64,000 nucleotides of DNA from Halobacteriales archaeon QS_8_69_73 (GTDB lineage: Archaea; Halobacteriota; Halobacteria; Halobacteriales; Haloarculaceae). The stretch is from the NCBI GenBank assembly GCA_003022945.1, contig PXRZ01000001.1:913-64912 (forward strand), in the 5' to 3' direction. Shown here piece after piece: positions 41,249 to 49,099 of the stretch. The position numbers were made by a program, and so were the translations under genes. Every line of letters begins with the position of its first letter. Within the stretch, counting starts at the first letter, position 1. Under the pieces are notes generated by a model. It did no database searches and was not told the origin of the DNA. It worked only from the letters and a program-made list of their open reading frames with translations.

Positions 41249-41626
41249 GTGAACTACCCCACCCTGCCGCGCTCGGGGCTACTGGCCCCTCGCTTGTTGA
41301 GGGGTAGGGCTTCCTGTTTCTGTGTCGGAACTTACATCCGGGGTGGACACAGCGGCTCCAGACTCCGCAGGCGGCTTCCCTTTACGGGCGGTTCGGAGTG
41401 TCCCACTCCTACCGATTGGACACCCAACCACAATCGACGGTGCGCGCTTCTTGTCACGCTTGAACACCGCCGGAGGCGTGGTGAGCATCGTACTACCCGG
41501 TTCGACCACAGGGGTAGTAAATGTGGTGGAGAACGTGTCTGCGACCCGTGCGGCGCTGTATCCCCTCTCTACTCGCTCCCTCCGGTCGCTCCTTGAGGAA
41601 GGGGGATTAGCGCCTCAACACAGCTA
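41249..41626 (-). mobile_element. Non-autonomous IS200/IS605 derivative (PATE/MITE-like) with both ends and an omegaRNA-like scaffold but no tnpA/tnpB
   Basis: On the minus strand, the left end reads AGGCGCTAATCCCCCTTCCTCAAG...GTAGAGAGGGGATACAGCGCC. The right end reads GTAGGAGTGGGACACTCCGAA...CAGGAAGCCCTACCCCTCAAC...GGCAGGGTGGGGTAGTTCAC. Lower GC than the flanks. Confidence 0.75.
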
Positions 41627-41731
41627 AAATCCACCTGACGATCGGTCGGCACGAGACGGCCGACATCCCGGACGACGATGACGCCGACCGTCGATTAGAA
41701 CTATACCAGTCGGGGCAGAAGCAACCCGGAC

Positions 41732-42781
41732 ATGAGAGAGGTCCTCGCGGTCGCGATCGTGGTCGTCCCCGCGCTGGTCGCCGGCGGAACGGCGGTGACC
41801 GCCCAAGCGGAGTTCTCCGTCTCCGTCAGCGGCAGTACGACGGACGTGCCGGAGCGAACGGTCTCCTTCGGCGGTAGCGACAACGTCGTCGGCGAGGTCG
41901 CCGTCCGCGACCCCGGGTCGTCGGTGACCATCGACGCCGAGGGACCGGACGACGAGACGTACGACGTCAACCTCTATAACTCCGACGGCGACGTCGTCGA
42001 AAACTCCAGAAAGCGGGGCGGAAGCACGGAGACGACGTTCGACCTCGACCGCGGCCCGGGAACGTACGCCGCGACGGTGTACGACGACGAGGTGGTGGCG
42101 CTGACCAGCGTCGTCGTCGTCGGCTACGACGTCGCCCTGGATCTCCCCGATGGCGTCGACAGCGGGAACGCGACCGACGGAACCGTCGAGTTGACCGCCA
42201 CGGACGGCGGAACCGTCGAGCGGGTCGAGGTCGTCCTCGTCGACGGCGACGAGGTCTTCCGGTTCGACGCCGCCTCGCGGAGCGGGTCGACCTACGAGGC
42301 GACCGTCGACGCCGCGGACGTCCCGGACGGTACGTACGACGCCTACGGGGTCGTCTTCAGCCCCGACACCTTCGAGAGCGGTCAGAACGAGATCATCGGC
42401 CTCGGAGCGAGACAGTCCTTCACCGTCGGCGACGGCGGCGACAGCGGTGGCGGTCCCGGCGGCCCGGTCGGGACGCCGACGGACGACGGGGCAGCGAACG
42501 ATACCTCGACGCCGACGCCGACGCAACCCCCGGGCGGTGGGGCGTCGACGCCGACGGACGGCGGGGCGCCCGGCGACGGCGACGGCAGCGACCCGGGTGC
42601 GACCGCGACGACCACCGGCGCGACGGACCCCGGGGCGACGACGGTGACGCCGCCCGGCGACTCGGACGGGACCGGGCCGTCGGTGGGTGACGCCGCCGGG
42701 GTCGGGGCCGTCGTCGCCGGTGTCGTCCTCGTCTGCACGGCGGTCGTGCTCCGCCGCCTGCGCGGGACGCCACCGGAGTGA
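41732..42781 (+). CDS. Secreted cell-surface protein with Ig-like domains, Thr/Pro/Gly linker and C-terminal TM
   Basis: Signal peptide, acidic beta-rich body and GVGAVVAGVVLVCTAVVLRRLR. Confidence 0.82.
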   Translation: MREVLAVAIVVVPALVAGGTAVTAQAEFSVSVSGSTTDVPERTVSFGGSDNVVGEVAVRDPGSSVTIDAEGPDDETYDVNLYNSDGDVVENSRKRGGSTETTFDLDRGPGTYAATVYDDEVVALTSVVVVGYDVALDLPDGVDSGNATDGTVELTATDGGTVERVEVVLVDGDEVFRFDAASRSGSTYEATVDAADVPDGTYDAYGVVFSPDTFESGQNEIIGLGARQSFTVGDGGDSGGGPGGPVGTPTDDGAANDTSTPTPTQPPGGGASTPTDGGAPGDGDGSDPGATATTTGATDPGATTVTPPGDSDGTGPSVGDAAGVGAVVAGVVLVCTAVVLRRLRGTPPE

Positions 42782-42868
42782 CCGCCGCCGGATCGCGAGA
42801 CGACGGCCGCTGGCCGTGCGGCCGGAGACGGACCGGTAATTAAGTCCCGGGCCGCCGGACTCGCGTGC

Positions 42869-44383
42869 ATGGAGTTCACCGACGTCCTCCGGGCGCTCGT
42901 CGCGGTCTACCGGTCGCGGACGGACGAACTGCTCCCGGTGTACTTCCTCTCGCCGGCGGTCGCGCAGGTCGCACGGGTCGTCGTCTATGCCGGGGTCGCC
43001 GCCGTCTACGCCTACCTGTCGGCGACGGGGCGGCTGGCGCGGCTCCGGACCGACCTCCGGGGCGCCGAGGTCACCCCGTTGGGGGCCGGCGCGGACGGGG
43101 ATGCCTTCCAGCGGTGGTTCGAGGCCGCCGCACTGGCCTTCGAGCGGCTGGTCGTCCCCGAGGTCGTCGTGGCCCTCGGCGCGACGGTCCTCGTCGCCCT
43201 CGTCGTCTTCGCCGTCCTGTACGCCGTCGCGGCGGCGGCACAGCTGTGCTGCTGTCTGGCGACGCTGCGCGACGAGCGAGGGACGACAGCCGCCGTCGCC
43301 GGCGCCCGCCGGCACTGGCGGCCGCTGCTCGGGCTGGCGGTCCTGCAGTCGGTCGCGGTCGCGCTGCTGACCGGTCTCGCGGCGGCGCTCGTGGCCGCGG
43401 CGGCGACGGCGTCGCCGGTCGCGGCGATCGCCGCCGGGCTGCTCGTCGTCCTGCCGTGGCTGGTCGCCGTCGTCGTCGTCCGGCTGGTGTTCGTCTTCGC
43501 GGCGGCGGCCGTCGTGGTCGACCGGACCGGCGTCCGGGGCGGGCTCGACGGCGGCGCGCGCTTCGTCCGGGCGAACCCGCTGTGGACGGCCGGCTACCTC
43601 CTGGCCGCGGTCGGCGTGATCGCCCTCATCGGATCGGCGTCGGCGGCCGGCGGTCCGAGCGGTGGTGCCGCCGGCGTACTCCTCGGGATCGTCGTCACGT
43701 CGCCGGTGCTCGACCTGCTGAAGATCGCCCTCTACGCGGACCGCGCCGGCGGCATCGACCCGCCGGCGCCGCCGGCGGTGACGCCCTTCGATCAGCTCCG
43801 GGCGGGCGTCCGGCGCGGCCTCGGCGCCGCGGAGACGTTCGTCCTGCGGAACCCGGGGCTGCACGTGGTCGCGACGCTGGCGTTCGTCGGCGGTGGTCTC
43901 GCCGGCTGGACGCTGGCGGGGCCCTACGAGGGCATCGTGACCGCCTCGGTCGAGGCCCGGCTCGAGGACCACGCCCCGCTGTCGGCGGCGGTGACGTTCG
44001 CGACGAACAATACCGCCGTCGCCGTCGGCAGCGCGGCCTCGGGACTGGCGTTCGGGGTGCCGTCGGTCGCCGCGCTGCTGTTCAACGGAGCGCTGTTCGG
44101 CGTGCTTGCGCGGCTCGAGGTCGCACCGGCGGTGCTGGCCGCCTTCGTCGCGCCGCACGGCGTCGTCGAGATTCCCGCGCTGCTGATCGCCGGGGCGCTG
44201 GGGCTGTCGCTGGGCGGCACCGGCTGGCGGGCCGCGACCGGCGACGCCGGCCGGGCGGACGTGGCGGCTGCCCTCGAACGGGCCTTCTGGGTGCTGGTCG
44301 GCGTCGCCGTCATGCTCGCCGTCGCCGGGCTCGTCGAGGGGCTGGTCAGCCCCTACTACTTCCGGGCGCTCCTCGGGGGGTAG
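42869..44383 (+). CDS. SpoIIM (DUF95)-domain polytopic membrane protein
   Basis: FATNNTAVA, LFNGALFG, VAPHGVVEIPALLIAGALG and AGLVEGLVSP. Confidence 0.88.
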   Translation: MEFTDVLRALVAVYRSRTDELLPVYFLSPAVAQVARVVVYAGVAAVYAYLSATGRLARLRTDLRGAEVTPLGAGADGDAFQRWFEAAALAFERLVVPEVVVALGATVLVALVVFAVLYAVAAAAQLCCCLATLRDERGTTAAVAGARRHWRPLLGLAVLQSVAVALLTGLAAALVAAAATASPVAAIAAGLLVVLPWLVAVVVVRLVFVFAAAAVVVDRTGVRGGLDGGARFVRANPLWTAGYLLAAVGVIALIGSASAAGGPSGGAAGVLLGIVVTSPVLDLLKIALYADRAGGIDPPAPPAVTPFDQLRAGVRRGLGAAETFVLRNPGLHVVATLAFVGGGLAGWTLAGPYEGIVTASVEARLEDHAPLSAAVTFATNNTAVAVGSAASGLAFGVPSVAALLFNGALFGVLARLEVAPAVLAAFVAPHGVVEIPALLIAGALGLSLGGTGWRAATGDAGRADVAAALERAFWVLVGVAVMLAVAGLVEGLVSPYYFRALLGG

Positions 44384-44491
44384 TCCTCGGCGACGACCGA
44401 AGATACTCAGGTGTCTTCACCGCGTGAAAACGCCAACGGCCCTTGATATAGGTGGCTCCTAAACAACAAGACGGACCGGAGGGAGCCACAG

Positions 44492-44895
44492 ATGGACATG
44501 AACACTGACAACGGAATCTCGGCGGAACAGCTGCGAAAGGAACTGGGGGCGGTGGAGACGCCGGCCGACGAGGCGGCGAGCGCCGACACCGACTCGTCGG
44601 AGGAGATCGTCGCGGACGTCAGAGAGCAACTCTCGGGGGGACAGACGTTTCGATTCGACGAGGACCGCTGATGAGCGACCTCGCGGACCACTTCGACGCC
44701 CACCTGAGCCCGGGCACCATCTACCCGCGACTGCACGACCTGGAGGAGGAGGGGCTGCTCGAGGTCCACGAGCTGGTGAAGACGAAGAAGTACTCGATCG
44801 CCGACACCGAGCGGGTCCGGCGGCGCATCGAGCAGACGCTGCAGCACCACATCGCGATCGGGAGCGTCTTCCACGCCTCCCTCGACGAGATTTAG
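44492..44895 (+). CDS. PadR-like winged-helix regulator, with a deletion/frameshift near 44667
   Basis: MDMNTDNG...TFRFDED is joined to LMSDLADHFDAHLSPGTIYPRLHDLEEEGLL in another frame. Confidence 0.75.
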
Positions 44896-45293
44896 GGGTC
44901 GCGTCGTTCGTCGCTACGTTCTGTTGTCGGAATCGGCGCTCGGAGGACGGTCTCGACGCCGTCGGTCCGCCGGACGACCACCTGGTCGCCGTGTCGGACC
45001 GCATCGATCAGTCGGCGTCACCGCCGACCGGGGCCCGTCGCGGGCCAGCCGGGTTAAACGTCTCCGACTCTCCGGTGACCGGATGGCGACCCGCGTCTGC
45101 GGCGGCGCTCTCGATCCCGTCGAGCACGCCGGGATTCCGGAACGGCTTCGTGATGGATGCGTCCAATTCGTCGTCGGCTTCCGGCCGAGAGCGGCTCAGT
45201 GTACGTCGCCACTCGCCGCTCGTGACGAGGCGGAACCGACGGCTCTCAGCCGCGACCGAAGGATATTGATACTCCGGCATCAACGCTTGTATC

Positions 45294-45689
45294 ATGCTCG
45301 AAGAGAGGGCCAAACGGCTCGCGAAGTTCTGCCGGAACCAGGTCGGCGAGAAGCTCCGCAGCGTCACGGTCTACCGGCCCCAGGGGACGACACGGATTTA
45401 CTCCGACAACGAACTGCGGGAGCAGTACACCGAGGCCCAGCTGTCGGCACTGGTCGAAAGCGCCATCGAACTCAACGCGACCCTCCACCAGACCGACATC
45501 GAGGCGACGCCGCTCGGTCGCCCCCAGGCTGGCGTCTACTCCTTCGAGGAGGCGTTCGTCATCCAGTGGCCCTGGGACAAGACGACCGGCGTGGTCGCGA
45601 CCTTCGACGCCGACGTGGGGTCGTCGCTGGCCGGCTTCCTCACCGAGTGTCGGGCCGTGCTCGACGAGGACCGACCGGACCGCGATTGA
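45294..45689 (+). CDS. Conserved haloarchaeal hypothetical protein
   Basis: GEKLRSVTVY...IYSDNELREQY...TTGVVATFD pattern; acidic. Confidence 0.75.
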   Translation: MLEERAKRLAKFCRNQVGEKLRSVTVYRPQGTTRIYSDNELREQYTEAQLSALVESAIELNATLHQTDIEATPLGRPQAGVYSFEEAFVIQWPWDKTTGVVATFDADVGSSLAGFLTECRAVLDEDRPDRD

Positions 45690-45921
45690 GCGTCGGCCGC
45701 CGGCGGCCTCCTCGCGGGTCGCCCGCACCTGATTCTCGACGTCACGACGACACCGAGCCGTCTCCAATATCGGGCCGGCTCGGCGTCGATCCCGCACGGT
45801 GTGTCGATCCGGGACGGCTTCTCGGACAGCGGCGATCGCGCGGTTTCTGGGCCGGGAGGCCGCATGCAGGGGGTCGCGCCGCGCCACCAGAGACTTGACC
45901 TCGCGGGCGCATGTCCTCGTC

Positions 45922-46371
45922 ATGGACCGACGGCGGTTCCTCGCCGGCACGACGACGGTGGCGCTCGCGACGGCCGGCTGTCTCGACGGCGGAGCGAGCG
46001 AGGACCCGACGGCGTCGCCGACGACGTCCGACGCGCCGACCCGACTCGTCGCCACGTCGTTCGAGGTGACGAACGTCAACTGCGGTGACGGGGCGGTGGA
46101 CCACAAGGCCGACATCGGCGACGGCCGGGTCGTCGTCGACGGCGTCGTCGGCGGAGCCGATGCCTGTCACACCGCCGAGCTGGTCGGCGCCGACTACGAC
46201 CGGGCGACCGACACCCTAGAGGTCACTGTCGCGGCCGTCCGGGGCGACGGCGATGACGACGACGACCGCGCCTGCGCCGGTTGTCTGGTCGACATCGAAT
46301 ACGTCGCGACCTTCGCGTTCGAAAACGGCGAGCCGGGGTCGGTGACGGTCCGGGCTCGCGGCGCGACGTAG
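45922..46371 (+). CDS. Tat lipoprotein
   Basis: MDRRRFLAG...ATAGC; four further Cys residues. Confidence 0.8.
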   Translation: MDRRRFLAGTTTVALATAGCLDGGASEDPTASPTTSDAPTRLVATSFEVTNVNCGDGAVDHKADIGDGRVVVDGVVGGADACHTAELVGADYDRATDTLEVTVAAVRGDGDDDDDRACAGCLVDIEYVATFAFENGEPGSVTVRARGAT

Positions 46372-46383
46372 ACCGGCTGGGCC

Positions 46384-47772
46384 TCAATCGCCGACGGGTA
46401 GCGCCTTCAGCCCGTAGCGAGGGACGCCTTCCTCGACGTATATGCGCCGGGGGACGGCGCGGACGCGGTCGCCGACGGCGGCCTCGCCGACGACCTGGAC
46501 CGGTATCGAGACCGCCTCGTTGCCAGCGTCGAAGGCGACGACCGCGACCCCGAAGGCGCCCTGGCGGGCCTGCAAGGCGGCGAACTCCGGCGGGGCGCCG
46601 CCCTCGCCGATAACCGTGGCGGCCTCGACGGTGCCGGTCCGGGCGGGCTCGACGGGCTCGAAGTCGGTCAGGCTCCGGCAGTCGGGGCAGGCGCCCGCCG
46701 GCGGGAAGGCGACGGCCCCGCAATCCGGACAGCGGCCGGCCTCGTGGCGGTGCCGGGAGGGGAGGCTCCGGCGCCAGCTCGGCACCGAGACGTGGGCCGC
46801 GCCGCCGTCCGGGACGTCGCCGACGACGTCGCCCCGCCGCCGGAGATACGCGGTGTAGTCCAGCTCCCGATCGACCGACAGCGACGCCTCGACCGGGGCC
46901 GTCCCCTCGATTCGAGCGGCGACGGCGCCGGCGCCGGACCCCCACCCGATGGCCAGCGTCCGCTCGTGGCCGGCCTCGAAGGCGTGGGCGAGACCGAGCG
47001 GAACGCTCGCGGCGGCGGTGTCGCCGAGCTCGGAAACGGTCTCGACGGCCGCGACCGCCTCGTCGTCGATGTCGGCCCGGTACGGGAGCCGCCCGTCCGG
47101 CGCCTGCACCGCGACGGCGTCGACGTCGGCGCCGGTGTCGAGCCCGTCGAGGGTCGCCTCGACCGGCTCGACGAACGCCGCCCGGTCGTAGCGCCCGGCG
47201 TCGAGCCCGTCGAGGCGGTCGTCGCCGGCGCGCCGGAACCGGGTTCCCGGTCGGGGGTCGGTCGCGGCCGCCGTCTCGACGACCGTCGCCGGCGCGTCCG
47301 GGCCGACGAGCAGGGCCGCCGCGCCCGCGCCGGCAGCGCGCTCGCGGGGGTCGTCGGGCTCGCCGGCGGGGCAGTCGGCGGCGACGACCAGCGCCGTTCC
47401 CTCCCCCTCGCGGTCGAGGGCGTCGAGCAGGGCGTCGACGCCGGCCCGGGTGTGGCCGCCGTACGTCCGGCCGGCGACGTTGGCGGGCGCGCCGAGGTAG
47501 GAGCCGAGCCGCGGCGTCAGGTCCTCCTCGGCCAGCGGCGGCGTCGTCGTCGCGAATGTCAGTACGTCGAGAACCGCGCCGTCGACGCCGCCGGCCGACA
47601 GCGCCCGCCGGGCGGCCTCGACGCCCATCGTCAGCGCGTCCTCGTCGGCGTCGGGGACGGCCGTCGTCTCGACGCCCGACACCTCGAAACGGCCCCAGGC
47701 GTCTTCGAAGGCCGCGGCCGGCACCCGGTTGGCGGGCGCGTAGGCGCCGACGGCCAGGACGCCGCGGCTCAC
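46384..47772 (-). CDS. HMG-CoA-synthase-like domain fused to a DUF35 Zn-ribbon/OB-fold
   Basis: VPDADEDALTMGVEAA and AAGAGAAALL; C-terminal CPDCGAVAFPPAGACPDC...RRIY...RYGLKA. Confidence 0.85.
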   Translation of the reverse strand: MSRGVLAVGAYAPANRVPAAAFEDAWGRFEVSGVETTAVPDADEDALTMGVEAARRALSAGGVDGAVLDVLTFATTTPPLAEEDLTPRLGSYLGAPANVAGRTYGGHTRAGVDALLDALDREGEGTALVVAADCPAGEPDDPRERAAGAGAAALLVGPDAPATVVETAAATDPRPGTRFRRAGDDRLDGLDAGRYDRAAFVEPVEATLDGLDTGADVDAVAVQAPDGRLPYRADIDDEAVAAVETVSELGDTAAASVPLGLAHAFEAGHERTLAIGWGSGAGAVAARIEGTAPVEASLSVDRELDYTAYLRRRGDVVGDVPDGGAAHVSVPSWRRSLPSRHRHEAGRCPDCGAVAFPPAGACPDCRSLTDFEPVEPARTGTVEAATVIGEGGAPPEFAALQARQGAFGVAVVAFDAGNEAVSIPVQVVGEAAVGDRVRAVPRRIYVEEGVPRYGLKALPVGD

Positions 47773-48953
47773 GACCCGGCCCCCCGTCGGTCCTCGCGCT
47801 CGAGGACGTGAACGACCGCCGCGCCGCCGGAGCCGCCGACGTTGTGGGTGAGCCCGACCGCCGGCGCCTCGAGCCCCCGGTCGCCGGCCCGGCCGGTCAG
47901 CTGGTCGAACGTCTCGACCACCTGGCCGGCACCGGTCGCGCCGATGGGGTGGCCCTTCGACTTCAGCCCGCCGGAGGTGTTGACCGGTAGCTCCCCGTCC
48001 GACTCGGTGGCGCCGGATTCGACGTACGGCCCGGCCGCCCCGCGCTCGCAGGACCGCAGGTCCTCGTAGGCCAGTAGCTCCGCGATCGCGAAGCAGTCGT
48101 GGACCTCCGCGAAATCGAGGTCCGCGGGTCCGACGCCGGCGGCGTCGTAGGCGGCATCGGCGGCCCGCCGGGAGGCCGGAATCGAGGTGTAGCTGTCCCG
48201 CCGGAACAGCCCGACCCGGTCGGCGGCGGCGCCGACGCCGGCCACCCGGACCGGGTCGGCGGCGAAGTCGTCGACGACGTCCTCGCTCGCGACGAGGACC
48301 GCGGCGGCGCCGTCGGTCGTCGGACAGCAGTGATACAGCGTCAGCGGGTCGGCGACCGTCGGCGCCGCCGTCGCCTCCTCCAGCGTGCAGGTGAAGTCCA
48401 GCTGTGCCTTCGGGTTCCGCGCGCCGTTGTCGTGGTTCTTCACCGCGACGGCCGACAGCTGGTCGGTCGTCGTCCCGTGCTCGCGCATATGGGCGGAGGC
48501 CATCTGGGCGTAGACGCCGGCGAAGGTGGTCCCGGAGAGCCGCTCCCACTCGGTCTCGCCGGAGACGCCCAGCCAGTAGCGGACGGTGTCGCCGGAGAGG
48601 TCCGTCATCACCTCGACGCCGCCCGCGAGGACGACATCGGCCATCCCGGACCGGACGGCCATCACGGCCTGCCGGACGGCGTAGCCGGAGGCGGCACAGG
48701 CGTTCTCGACGCGAGTCGCCGGGGTGCCGTCGAGGCCGACGTGTTCGGTGACGGCCGGCGCCGAGAGGCCGATCTGGCGGCCGCCGACGCCGAGCGTCCC
48801 GACGTAGGCCTCGTCGACGGCCCCGAGGTCGATGCCGCGGTCGACGCTGTCGACGGCTTCCTCGACGGCCGTCCGGAACAGCGACCGGTAGCTCTCGTCG
48901 GGGAACGACCCGTATGCCGACTGGCCCGCCCCGACGACGTAGGCGTCGCGCAT
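47769..48953 (-). CDS. Archaeal-type thiolase (acetyl-CoA acetyltransferase)
   Basis: RVENACAASG, AEVHDCF, NTSGGLKSKGHPIGATG and HNVGG. Confidence 0.92.
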   Translation of the reverse strand: MRDAYVVGAGQSAYGSFPDESYRSLFRTAVEEAVDSVDRGIDLGAVDEAYVGTLGVGGRQIGLSAPAVTEHVGLDGTPATRVENACAASGYAVRQAVMAVRSGMADVVLAGGVEVMTDLSGDTVRYWLGVSGETEWERLSGTTFAGVYAQMASAHMREHGTTTDQLSAVAVKNHDNGARNPKAQLDFTCTLEEATAAPTVADPLTLYHCCPTTDGAAAVLVASEDVVDDFAADPVRVAGVGAAADRVGLFRRDSYTSIPASRRAADAAYDAAGVGPADLDFAEVHDCFAIAELLAYEDLRSCERGAAGPYVESGATESDGELPVNTSGGLKSKGHPIGATGAGQVVETFDQLTGRAGDRGLEAPAVGLTHNVGGSGGAAVVHVLEREDRRGAGS

Positions 48954-49099
48954 ACCGGCCGGTCGACCGGTCGGCGCTTAACGGTTCCTGCTACCGCGGC
49001 TCCGTGCCCGCCGGGCGCCGACCGCCCGGTCGGGGCGTCGCCGTCGCCGCCGGCGCGCTCGGCGTCACCTTGAGGAGGACGCCGGCCCGAGTCGGCGGC

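Noticed and set aside
41279-41509. 76-aa ORF inside the mini-element as a functional protein
   Set aside because: Only its tail resembles the disordered TnpB C-terminus that overlaps the omegaRNA, and it has no RuvC or Zn motifs. It is better explained as an element remnant.
44900-45290. Possible gene or ncRNA in the gap after the PadR-like gene
   Set aside because: No convincing ORF, motif or strong secondary structure is recognisable by eye.
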